Source: Auanema rhodensis
Taxonomy: Eukaryota; Animalia; Nematoda
Direction: 5' to 3'
DNA length: 64,000 nt
NCBI GenBank assembly: GCA_964057225.1
Contig: OZ059895.1
Location: forward strand, 5,084,001-5,148,000
The notes under the pieces are model-generated. The model made no database searches. It saw only the letters and a program-made list of their open reading frames with translations, and was not told the DNA's origin. Made by a program: the position numbers and the translations under genes. Below, in pieces: positions 40,957 to 54,000 of the stretch; the stretch's first letter is position 1, and every line of letters begins with the position of its first letter.

Positions 40957-41838
40957 ATGCCTGAGTTACAACCTATAATAGTCTTTGGAATAATTTTGGT
41001 TGCAATACCGCTTCAGTTCTTTCTATCTCCATCTACTACGAATGAAATAAAATATAATTTACAAAAGTAAGTAAATTTAAGAAAAAATGATTATATTTTC
41101 TATAGGCTTACTGATAAATTCTTGGATATTGTTAAATCTTATGGATATAATATGCCCGGTGTAGAAGATAGACAAGAAACGTTTCGACATCATCGAATAT
41201 CTATTGAGGATAGAAGAAGTAGCAAAGAATATTATGCATGTAAGTCAAAATCAATGAGAACCCCTATCTTATTCTGATGTTTAGCATCTTCGAAGGTTCG
41301 TGAACGAACTCCGGAGGTCAAGTTTCGAATTGGCGATGTTGTTCGTAACAAAGTGAATTCAATAAAGTTTGAGAATACAATTGTCTTATATTCTAGGCTT
41401 TGAATTACCGTGCTCTAGTAATCGGTTGGGATTTAAGGGCTCAAGCACCTCCGGATTTTTTTGAAGCACTTAGGGACACTCCGGTATTAATTGCCAGCTG
41501 CACTAACAAATTTCTAACAATGGCTTCCGTGTTTAGGACTGGAAAGATGGCCCTCATTATGTTGTATTAGTTGATGGTCAGGATAGGCTATATCCAGAGA
41601 TGGGTTATGCCCCACAGGTTAACAATATTTTAATAAACTACAAATCTTTAACTGGTTTCATTTAGACAAATTTAGTACCATCTGAAGGCCGAGTGTACCA
41701 TCATCTTGTCACACGGTACGTTGAGCGATACGACGAAGTAGCCAAACGGTTTGTTTTCTTCTTTCTTTGTCAACAAATAATATTATTTTAAGCTATGTTG
41801 TTCGTCCCCGATTGAAAGAAACATATCCAGACGACTAA
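40957..41838 (+). CDS. YccV/HspQ-like (hemimethylated DNA-binding / FBXO21 C-terminal-like) domain protein with N-terminal TM helix
   Basis: VKFRIGDVVRNK..NYRALVIGWD, PHYVVLVD, YAPQ|TNL, RYVERYD, and terminal YPDD*. Confidence 0.85.
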
Positions 41839-42275
41839 AGTTTAAAACTTTGCTTATTTTGTAAAAAAGAGAAGTTTATATAATGTCTCCTGTAAATTCA
41901 GCGTTTCCAATTTGTGTTCACCAGCCATAAAACAATCTGTGATGGATCTACATGTTAATCTAATGTTTAAAGCTTATGAGGAGCAACTACTACATAAAAC
42001 AAATTTAATTCAGGCTTCGAAAAATTTATAATTTCTCCGTTTCCTGACTATTTAAACCTTTGACTCCTTATAAGTACACTAGTTATATCTACGGGAAGAA
42101 TATATCAAATTCATACTTTTTCAATTTGTATCTAGTAAATGGTTTACACCTATTCACTTAAATAAACGTTTCTTACCAAATTTGTTTATTATATTGATAT
42201 TTGATATCGCGTTCTGCTACTTTTGGTCCTAGCCCGCTGGCTGGTTGTCCTAGTTCTGTGGTATAGATTTTCGTC

Positions 42276-42286
42276 TCTGCGTCTCT
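42276..42286 (+). promoter_or_regulatory. TCTGCGTCTCT motif upstream of unc-11
   Basis: Exact match to the GAGACGCAGA-type (EOR-1-associated) nematode promoter motif. Confidence 0.45.
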
Positions 42287-43971
42287 TATTCGTATAAATG
42301 CCCTCGTATTGTTCTTTCCTTTTCTCTGGCCTCCTTTTAGCTCCTCCTACTACTCCTTCTCCACCAATCATCCTTTGGTTTTGGTTCTCCTTTTACTACT
42401 GATTTCCTACGTCACTTTTGTCTCTCCAGCCTTTAATCGTTTTCATTTTTCTCGCCATTATCATGTTTTGACAAGTTGTTATTTTTTCGGATATATTATA
42501 TTACGTTTAAGATAAGTTCATCTGTCACTGAGTTGCTACCGCTGAACCGATTTTACCTATTTTCTGTACTTTGAGATCTCCCGCTCTATCGATTATTCGA
42601 CCAATGGTATTAACATTAACCCTCTTAGCTCACCAAGAGTCTGTCTATGTGTACTTTTTAATATCTCTATCTCAATAATAATCTCTATTCTGATTCTTTG
42701 TCGACATTTCGTTTTATATTTACTTTCCTTATGTGGTGTCGATAACCTTACCGGAAATAGTTCAGGTAGCACACCTGTCGACTCATTGAATTGACACTAA
42801 AAAAGGCATTAATGAACATTTTGAAAATTTAGCCAAGCTCCGAATTAGTATTTGTCCTTGATGTCTTTTCTTAATTTCATAAACCCTGATAATACGGATC
42901 ATACAAGATCAGGTATATATGTTTCATCATTTATTGTTTTCACATTACAAATATCTTCAAGTGTTCATAGTTAGTTGAAACTTTCATATAGAAAGAAAAT
43001 AAAAAAATATTTTTCCTTTTGCCATTCTCGGAAGAAACGGGGGTTCCTATTCAATAGTGACGCGATATGCTAGTGCCTAGTTACCCATCGATCTCGTGCC
43101 TCTAGCTGCGCCGTCAATATGTGCGCTCGTCTCGACGAGGCGCTCCCGAGAACGAGCGAAAATGCTGCGGTCGAGCGAAGTCTCTTTTTCTCTTGCCTCT
43201 ATTAAGGATTTACAGATGTTGTCTTTAAAATGCTGCTTTCTCGATTTGCTTTTTTAGGATGAAATGTTCTTTTCCATATTCCTGTCTGTCTATCTATCTA
43301 TCAGGGCTGTCGTTTTCATAGTGTTGAACGTAGCAGTAGCAAGCAGCAGTAGCAGCTGCTGCCGCCCTTTATTTTATGAACAATTTTCTTCATTTTTTAA
43401 CCAAAATATTGATATTACTTTCAATTTTTCCATTTCTTTCTTATATTTCAAGACGTCTCCTTACTTTTAACTTTTCACGATTTAGTTTTATTTTTCGTTC
43501 GCAGAATTAATAAAATGAATGTAGTGTGTAAGGAAATTGGAGATCGCTCCAGCATCAACACGAAAAATGACTCACCTTAGCAAATATGTTGTTTGTTTTT
43601 TTTTGCACTGAAAAGTTCAGCTCCTTTATTGATCAATAACAGTATTCATGAGTTTCTTTTTTCTTCGTTTTTCTGTTCTTTGTAACTTTTAGTAGCCTTA
43701 CGTGTTTCATTTCGTGATTAAATCGTTTTTTGCTTGGAACAATGTGAAATAAAGAATGAAAAATCGAAGCTCGGAGCATTGTGCGACCGCTCAATATGAA
43801 CTTAAAATAGACATTTCTAATATTTCATTTCACTTTATAAACGTGGCAAGAGTTTTTTTTCATTTAATGTAAATTTTTGTTTTGTCGCAACTTTTATATT
43901 TTGTATTTCTTTTATGAACTTTTTTCTTTTACAGATTTTTTTTTCAACTTGGTCATACTAGCTGTGACAAG

Positions 43972-46566
43972 ATGCAAACCATAGAAAAAGCTTTACATCA
44001 ACCTATGCCCTTCACTACTGGAGGGCAAACCATATCCGACAGGTAAACTAAGTTTTTTAATTCAATTATTGATACTCCAAATATCCAAATCCTAGTGTTT
44101 TATTTTCGGCTTTATTGCTAAATATACTAAAAGTTTATGAGTATTCTTTAACTCTTATGTGTATGTACATAAATGTGAGTGTGCTGCCACAGTTTTTGAT
44201 GTTTCATGGGCTTTATCATGCCTTATCAATTTTTTCATACAATTCTTGTCACTATCTTCTGTGTAATCTTCTGTATAGCACGCACCCTATGCAAAAAGCC
44301 ATGCCGTTCAGGTTTTTCGTTCAGTTTTCTGCTAAAACTCATATTATTTCAGATTGACAGCGGCAAAACATTCATTGGCTGGAAGCCAACTAGGAAAGAC
44401 GATATGTAAAGCTACGACAGAGGAGCTGATGGCTCCCAAGAAAAAACATTTGGACTGTAAGTTCAAGCAAATATGCGATCAATACAAATTTTTCATTTTA
44501 AGATCTGTTACATTGTACTAATGAGCCTAACGTTTCAATTCCATCAATGGCTAATCTATTAATTGAGAGGTTTGTCAAATTGTCAACATGCTGTTTTACT
44601 CTCATCTTTAACTTTTCAGAACTCAGCATCCCAGCTGGACTGTTGTATACAAAGCTTTAATTACAATCCATAACATAATGTGCTATGGCAATGAGGTATT
44701 TTTCGGCGTACAAGTGTTTTCCTTGGAGCCTCAACTTTTTTTTCAGAGATTTTCTCAATATTTGGCTTCTTGCAACACAACATTTAACCTAGGAAACTTT
44801 TTGGACAAAAACAGCACTGCTGGTACGTTGAATATTATTAATTTCTTTTACTTCTATATATTCACATAATAGTAGAGTTTTCTCACCATACATTGCTTGT
44901 TGATTTATTGTTTCTTGTTTCTTGAAGCATGTGGTCTAATGCTTTTTGCCTTGGTATTTAGTTTTCATAGTTGTTGTAAAAGTATTCATTCTGGGAACAT
45001 TCTTCTTGTTTCTTCTTCACCATTTTGACTGAACATTAACATTTAACACTTTCCTTTCAAAATAATTAATGTGACTGCATGATTGTGTTGTGTGTAGGCT
45101 TGCGTCGTGAATCCAGTTACAACTATCATATTAATCAAAACCAGGGAGGTTGGTACCCAGGTATGATATCTATCAATTGTACCTCCAAATTTTATGTTTG
45201 CATGTTGCTTATTGTTTACTAACAACTTGTTCTAAATTCTTCCTTTTGCATAGGTTTATATTAGTAAGGTTAGTTTGTTACTTTTTAGGATATGATATGT
45301 CCCAACATGTCCGACGCTATGGAAAGTACATTGGAGAAAAGATTGCAACCTACAGAGTTTGCGCTTTTGACTTTTGTAAAGTAAAGCGAGGTCGCGAAGA
45401 TGGCCTTCTTCGTACTATGCACACTGATAAGGTATTGTAAATGACAGTTTGCTATTTTAATGTGATTAATGGTTGATCTTTCAGTTATTGAAGACTTTGC
45501 CTATTCTTCAAAATCAAATTGATGCTCTTCTCGAGTTTCAAGTTCGTGTTGTAACGGTTGAACTCTTAAATTCTTATTTTTCAGGTATCATCCAGTGAAC
45601 TTAATAATGGAGTTATTAATTGCTCCTTCATTCTTCTTTTCCGCGATCTTATTCGTCTCTTCGCTTGCTATAACGATGGTAATTAACTCTGTAATTATAC
45701 TATTCGAAGTTATCATTTTCAGGAATAATCAATCTTCTTGAAAAATATTTTGATATGAATAAAAAACAATGCCGTGAAGCTTTAGATACTTACAAAGGAT
45801 TTTTGGTGACTACTTTCTAGTTTCAGCAGTTTAAATGTTTTTCACTTTTCAGACTAGATTGGATAAGGTCGCAGACTTTTTGAGAGTAGCTGAATCTGTA
45901 GGAATAGACAAAGGTGAGATTCCTGATCTCACTCGTGCTCCAGCTAGTCTACTGGAAGCTCTTGAAGCTCATTTAATCGTTTTGGAAGGAGGACGCGCTC
46001 CCCCTCCAACTCAACAGGTATGAACCATCATTTCTCTTTCAATTCATAATGTCGTTATTTTGCAGAATTTCCAGTTTCAAAATCAAGTCAACAGCTTTTC
46101 CATTGCCGGAGGTTTCCAAGTAATATTTTCTATAAATCATAATTTAAAGTTTGTTTATTAGTCTCAAGCTCCTGTTAATGATAATGAGAGACAACGCTAT
46201 TTGGAATTGGAGAAAGAAAGACTACGCCAATTTGAAGAGCAAAAACGCCAACAAGGTGTTGGAGGTCCCTCGCAATTCAATCCTTTCGCAGTTGATGCTG
46301 CTGCAGCATCTGGAGCTGCTCCACTTCCAGAGAAAACTAATGATCTTCTTGATTTTTTCAACACCCCAGTGCAGGTTTACTACTTGTACTTCGTCTAAAT
46401 TACTCATATTGTCTATAACTTTTAGCCTAATACAGTTCCTACAACTGATTCAACTAACCCGTTCGCCCAATTCACTTCTGTATCATCCGTGCCACCAGCA
46501 TACCCACCTCTAGGAATTAATAGCAATGGTATGGGCTGATGATTCTATTTCTTATGTTACATATAC

Positions 46567-46642
<76 letters not shown>

Positions 46643-48503
46643 TGATGATATGCATGTATGTATATCCATTAGTCGTTCACTGAATTCGTATTGTGTTAGT
46701 GTTTGTTGTAGTTTCAATGCCATATGGACAATCATTGATGCCAGTAGTTGCTCCAACGCCTATTGCTTCTCATAATGGATTTACTGCTGATTTCAATAGA
46801 GCGTTTTCTGCTCCAGCTCCTTCAAAGCCAATGAATGGAACAGGTAACCTCGAAGAATATGATAAAATAAAAAATATGACGAAGAGAGAAGATGCCTGGT
46901 TTAAAAGTATATTTCTTCCTTACTGCCTTAGCTTGTTCATCATGTTTGTTTTCATTCATGTTTAGATGTTGTTTAGATGTTGTATTGATATTTGTTTTGT
47001 TCGTTATAGTGACTTTGTTTTTATATGTTTATCGTTGTTCTAAGCCTTTCATATTTGAGTTCCACAACAAGCTGATACTAACCCTTTCCTGTCTGAGGGA
47101 GCTGGAGCTTCTGAAATGCAGCCTGCTGAACAATGGCAACCAACTTTCGAAGTTGCTCCAAATATGGGTGCTGCTAATCCTTTTGCAGCCTATGGACAAC
47201 AATCTCAAGGTTCCCTTCACAGTATAAAAACTAATTATTCACTGTCTTCAATTTAGATTTGCCTTCTGGAATGCCTCAACAAGCTGATTATCCTGGATCT
47301 GTTCCGATTCCGATCAATGGACAACCTCAACATCTTGGAATATACGAGCAAACTCCATTTTGTAATTTATTTTTTATTAAACATACTTATTTTCCTTTTA
47401 TAGCTCATTTGGATAGTAGCTACACAGCTCAACCCAGCATTCCGTCTCATGTTATGGAGACCGTGGTTAGTAGCAATGAACAGTCCCCTGCTCATCAAGG
47501 TATTTAAACTCTAAAAGATTCGACTTTAATATTATTCTGAACAATTTAGGCATGCCACCTGTTCCACACCAAGGTTTTAATTTGTAACTCAATGTTGTGT
47601 AGTGTGTTGTTGTGTTATATAATTAGCTTCTTCTTTATTCTTGGCATCTTCTCTTATTCACTTAAAATCACAAACTCAGCTTTATATCAATATTTTATCA
47701 GCAATGTTAATGTTTCATTCAGGTTCTTTTGATGCTTTCAATACTAACCAGTCAAAAATCGGTGGAGATATTGACTCTGCTCTCTCCAGCTTAGCTGACA
47801 ATTTATCCATTAACGGTGCTAAAGTTCAACCAAAGTAACTTAGATATCATATATGTTAATTCTTTTTTTTTCTTTACAGCCAACCTGTTCAATGGAGCGC
47901 CCAAAGTGCCCCTCCTGCTAGACCACCACCACCAGTTACCACTCAACCAACACTTCCACCATACTCGGCTGCTCCTACTGGTCCATTTGCCCAGCAGCCG
48001 TTCGGAAATCCCTATGGAGCTCCACAGCCATATGGAATGCCAAACCAAATGCCAAACCAAATGCAATGGGGAATGCAGCAACAAGGAGGTAACTAGATTT
48101 TTCTTCTTCTGGTCGTTTCATTTTTTATGTATTAGTGAAAGTTTCATAAATATCGCAAGTCCTATTACAATTAGCTCAAAAGTAATTTAATTTTCTTGAA
48201 GCTTTGTTGTTTGGGTTGCGCATAATGAACTACTTTCGAAAGATATAGTAAAGATAATTGAGAGTGATGGTTTTCTTTTTAGGTATGTACGGCATGCCTC
48301 AGCAACAATATCAGATGCAACCTCAAATGAGTTATCCTGGTGTTCAACCTCAAATGAACTATGGAATGCCTGCTCAACCAGGACAACAACAACCTCAACC
48401 TGTAAGTATTGCTATTTTTTCGAGATATGCTTTTTTTAAAAATTCTATTAGTAGAGCTTTTCAGGGCATGGCGCAACCTAAAGATCCGTTTAGTGGATTT
48501 TGA
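43972..48503 (+). CDS. unc-11: AP180/PICALM clathrin assembly protein (ANTH domain plus NPF-rich tail)
   Basis: [24 protein letters not shown]|[11 protein letters not shown]...[37 protein letters not shown], and multiple NPF/DPF motifs. Confidence 0.96.
46561..46639. repeat. (AT)n microsatellite in an unc-11 intron
   Basis: Directly visible. Confidence 0.97.
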
Positions 48504-49150
48504 AGTTGACTTAAAATGCAGTAACCGAAGGATATTTGAAATTCCTTTATAGTTTATTTATTTGCCTGCTTATAATTAAACATATATGACAAACAAATAA
48601 GTTTATATAAATTTACGTTTTTAAGTAATCTATGCATAATGTCCTTAGTCCTTAATCTCAGTCAAGTTTTGAAGATTTTTATTTCTTTTAAACATTACAT
48701 GTGCATAACGTTAGATTTTTATGACACTTCTAATCATCACTGTCTCACTTGCAATGGTTGTACTTGAATTTTATATTTATTCAATTTTTAAAATCTTAAT
48801 TTTTTGTATTTTTTCATAGTCCTACCTTCTATTTTCACCGAAAACTTCCTTACTGTCTGCTTTTCCGATGGTTTGTATGCACTGTTTTTTCGAATGTGTT
48901 ATTGTGAAAATAAGTTTCCTTGGAAAATCAAACAATTAGTTCGAAGCATATATTTATATATAGTTTGTGATGTTTTAGCTGCGCAATACATTTTTATAAT
49001 AATCTCTTGTTACTTGATAATATCATTTGTTATTCTCTCATCAAATACGATATCGAAAATGGAGAATCTAAACTGGATCTTAAGATAATATTTCAGCTTA
49101 TCTTTCATGTCTTCGAAATTTTCAATTGTGTACAGAGGTTTGAACTTACA

Positions 49151-50294
49151 ATGTCAGAGACACTTTTCGGTAATTGTATATACGTTATTGAATCTGAAAA
49201 CTTTGTTATTCCTTTGAAGGCTAGGCTTCCATCGCCCGAGCTTAGAGAGGTTTTAAACAAATGGAAGGGAGGCAATGTATCTCTTGTTGGTGATGGCCCA
49301 GTTCATCGAATGGTACTTGATAGGCCGGATAAATTTAACTGCATATCTGGAGAAATGGCTTTGAAGATGGGTGCTGTTGTTAACGTTTGCTGCTGTTAGA
49401 TCATACTCGAATAGTCTATGCACTTTCTAGAATCTTCCAAATTTACTACCAAACTCAAGCATTGTTGTTGTTGAAGGTTTAGGTAAATCGTTTTGCAGTG
49501 GAGCTGAACTAGGCATGATCGACCAGGTTTTGAACGGGATTCACTAAAATCACAATAGATAATGCCACTTGCAGCTTAGCACATCTGAAATGGGATCACA
49601 TCTTTATGCATACATGTCTTCAGTGTTACGAGAATTGCACCAATCTCCACAAATAGTAATAGGAAAGCTTCATGGTCATTGTTTGGGAGGTGGAACTGAA
49701 ATTGCAAATGCTTGTGACTTGAGAATTGCTCATAAAAATGTGAAGGTAACTAATTATTCAATGAGATTCTGAGAACTCTGCATTTCTTTTTAGATTGGCT
49801 TTATTTACACGAAAATTGGAATCACTCCTTCGTGGGGCGGAGCTTTATGGCTTGCTGATATTGTTGGTCGATCAACAGCATTAAAACTCATGGCTAAAGC
49901 TGAAATAATTGGTTTTTTGATTCAAAAAATATAATTTTCATGAATTCTCATTTCAGATGCGGAAGAAGCAAAACGCATTGGATACGTAAATGAAATTTAT
50001 GAAACTGAAGAGGAAGCTGAGGTATGAATTGATTTACTATGTTCATTGATCAGATATTTGAATTTGTTTAGGAAATTATAAAGTCTTATACACATTCATA
50101 TCCATACGTGACCAGAGCTCAGAAAAGTATGTTATTTGCGGTCAAATGTGGATTTGAAAAAGAAGATGGTTTGTTGAAAATTGAATAAAGTTTAATAAGG
50201 ATTCAATAATTCTTTAGAGGTTATACGATCTGTTTGGGGTGGTGAAGCACAAACTAAGGTATTTGAAGCAATTCGAAATAAAGGAAAGAAATGA
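49151..50294 (+). CDS. ECHDC1: Enoyl-CoA hydratase/isomerase family, ethylmalonyl-CoA decarboxylase-like
   Basis: NCISGEM, FCSGAEL, GHCLGGGTEIANACDLR, GITPSWGG and SVWGG motifs. Confidence 0.82.
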
Positions 50295-51098
50295 GGTGAA
50301 TCCTGCTTCTGATTCAGTGGAAGAAATCATATTTTTACTTTTATTTGGGTGTTTTTGATATATTTTGACGATAAGTTAGGTTATTTCTTATTTTATATTT
50401 ATATTATATTCAAATTATATTTTACTTTTGCTCTATTTGATACGAGTATATTTGTATTTAGCTCAGTTTTGCGGTTGAAAAATAAATAAAAAATAGCTTT
50501 TATTACTTGATTAATATAATTTATAAAATACAAACAATTATTACATATAAAATAAAAAACATAATATTAATAATTTAGGATTATAAAATTAAAATAAAAA
50601 AAGAAAGAATAAAGACGAAAGAAATAATATTGGTATGTTTGGGAGGATATTTTGCAATGAATTAACAAAGTGATATCGAGACAATGTAGGATCAAATCTC
50701 AGAATTTAACAACGACGACAATCGATCAAATTCTGAAAACAGCATTCAATAAAGAACAAGAGAGATAGAATACAAATAAATATGTTTAAAAATGGTTAAA
50801 TTAGTTATACATATGTGTATATACTCCCTTGTTATATACATATTTACAGTCCTAATATTCTTCCTTCTTGTAATTCGGAATATTTTGTATATTGTTTGTG
50901 ACAAAGCTTGATCTATTGCAATGAGCATGAGTGCATCATTTGTCCTGCTCCTACTTCGTTCTTAAATACATTAATTATTATATTTCTTCATTATTTTTGA
51001 TTAGAAATATGTGAAATATTGTAATCACCTTTGAAGTTCTGGTAATACTTGTCGTCATTGCTCTTGATTTCAATTTAATTCGTACTTTGTGCCTGAAC

Positions 51099-54000
51099 TC
51101 AAGAGTATTCTATCTTCTCGATTTTGAGGGAATTGTCGTCAAAACATTTCGTATAATCAGTCCACATCATGTATCCATTACTTCTAAATATCCTGTAATA
51201 TAAAGAAATAATTGAAGTAAACATATTGCTGATTATACTTCTGTGTTTCACTAGAATGCAGAGTATGGGCTACATCTTTTGTCAATACTTTATAAATAAA
51301 TTCGATTCTTCTAAAAATAAGTTATTATTTTCCTTTATTTTCAGATGTTTTGTGGTTTTTTTGGCACAAATAAACTCACACTGTTAGATTTTTTAGGTAC
51401 TCATTAAAATCATAAACATCATAAGACACTGAATTTAGAAAGATATGAAAACCGTAAAATAAATCTTCTTCGGTTTTTGCTGGAGTTGGATTTTTCTAAA
51501 GTTTAGTTATAAGAGGGTTGAAATGAGATAAACTTACAGTCGTTTGTGGTGTATTATGTATTGCAATTATTTCTTTCCATAAATAATACAATTGTAGATC
51601 AAAGTCAATGTCTACCCAAGGATTATTTGTTTCTTTTTCAGAGTTAACGTTGGGAAATAGCTCAGTAGCTGCATATCCCAACGAAAGTTTGCAAATGTTC
51701 TTAGGCATAATTTCTGTTACTGGAATCATTCTTTGGAAGAATTTCGTTCCATCGATTTCATAAAGTTCATGTAATCTTTGTTTCACATGACAAACTTTTG
51801 GGTATGCTTGTTCATATAATTGGATTAATATCTGAATTAAGAAATTTTGATTAAATTTGAATTCAAAAGAAACTTACATTCCGAGGAATTTTACTGGTTT
51901 CTGAATTTGTTTCAACTCTCATTAAAACTCTGAAAGATATGCCATAGTAATGAAATATATTTCTTAGCATGTAAGTAATTCAAGAATTAAAACTTACTTA
52001 ACATGTTCCCAAGTTGCAAATAGTCGAAATAGGTTTAAACGTAATTCAAACGGAAGTGGCAGTTTATTGGTGCTTTTTTTATTTTTATTTGAACCTTTCT
52101 GAAAGAAAAACTATAATTATGAATTAATAACCTTGAGAGATAAGTTATAAAGTACTAGCAAACATAGTTTTAAGAAAATGATTATGATTTTTAATATTAT
52201 TTCAAACATATTAAGCTTACTTCTGGCAGATCAGCATTGTCGTCGTCTTCACTATTATAATTTTCGTCTAATATGTTGTAGTCCACTAAAAGAAATTCAA
52301 TATAAGTGATAAAAACATTAATTAAAGCTAACTCATTCTTACTGAATCAATTTTCATCAGAAAAGCAAAATTTATAAATTTTACTAGGTTTTTGAGACAT
52401 CTTTCGAATATGAATTTCAGTTTTGAAGAAGGATATATACTAGAATCTCTTTTGCTGTGTGACGCTTTAAACACCTGATTGAAAAGCTATAAAAAAATTA
52501 TATGTTTTATAATATTTACAAGATTATACTTACATCAAACGCTACTACCGGTACTGTTAGTTTCGTTTCGTCGTCATCTTCGAAATTAGATGAAGAATTA
52601 TGAATGAAAAGCATATGTGTTTCTAATAGTCGCAATAATTCAATCAAATATACATTATAAAAGTATTCTGCCCTTATAATCGTATTCTCTCCTTTAGCTA
52701 AAGAGTCCACATTTCGGAAATCGTGACGTCGAATCTTAGGTGTTTCACGAAGTATTTTGAAAAATTCGCTGCATCCAGTTATTGTTTTCTTAATAATTTC
52801 AGTCTCAGTATTTGTTTCTGAGCTTTGAACTGAACAGTTGAGATGTGCAAGGAATGCTTTGAACGTTTTGTGGAAATCAGCTATAAACAATGCTGTTGAT
52901 AATTTTTGAATATGTCCAGGAGTATTTTTAGAAAGATCATTTTGACGTATTAAACTGTGCAAAATTGAAGAATGACTATTCTGAATATTTTCCAGAAATG
53001 CCGCACGAATATATGAGTTTTGTACTTTATCACGTACACCGTTGTTAACAGGACTTGCCGGAGTAGAGTTAGGCTCAGCTTTGATATAATAATACAGTTC
53101 TGACATTTTCTCTTGAAAGGTGTTTACAGCATTCTCATAGCCTGCTTTGATATTAGGTAGTTCTTCAAGCTTCAAATTTTTGCTTTCAATGTCACAAGTT
53201 ATAAAAAGTAGTTCATCCCAGAAATTTTCCAATTCCGAAGATTCATATTCAGATATCTTCATTGTTAGCACTAAAATTCCTGATTCTTCAGTAATCTTCA
53301 GTTGTCCTTCAGCTTTTAATTTCGTTCCTACGTAATAAGCTTTAACGTAGTTCCGGTTTAATATATCAAACACTGCTTCTTCAATAAGTTCTGGAGTTAA
53401 AGACAGTGAATAGTCAATCGGTAGTAAAAAGTCGATGTTGAAGCCATAGGTACAAACTTCTCCATAGACATAAAGCCTAAACACTGTCTTTTCTTGATTT
53501 AATGATTTGATGATGTTGAATATGTGCAATCTGACATCAGAACACACTGGAATCCAGGCAACCGGAGATGTTGGTAAATCTATGACTTCAGATCTAACAC
53601 CACAAGACACTGGAAACCGAATATTCGTTGATTGAACATCCGGGACTCTATGGCCGCTAGCTTGGGAAGCTATCATATTTGGTACAGGAGAGGGCAATGA
53701 AGATCCTACGCTTGACGCTTGAACTTGAGCAACTCCAGAGATGGGAATTTGATTAAATCTTGATGTTGTAATATTTTCTTGATGATACGAAGAAGCACAA
53801 ATGTTTGTTGGATGAGCTGCTATCTTTGGTGGAATATAGAAAACACCTGGTTGCCCAATTGTTGAAGCATGTCGATCAGGAACTGTTAGAGCGGAACGTG
53901 GATTGTTATTGCTCGAAACTTTTGAAACTTCTGTGGGAGTGGCAGCAGTCATCTGTTTTAAGACTTCCTGAAATAAGAAGTTAATTTAACTAATATGATA

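Noticed and set aside
46517-46756. ORF with YIYIYI repeat
   Set aside because: Translation of the (AT)n microsatellite.
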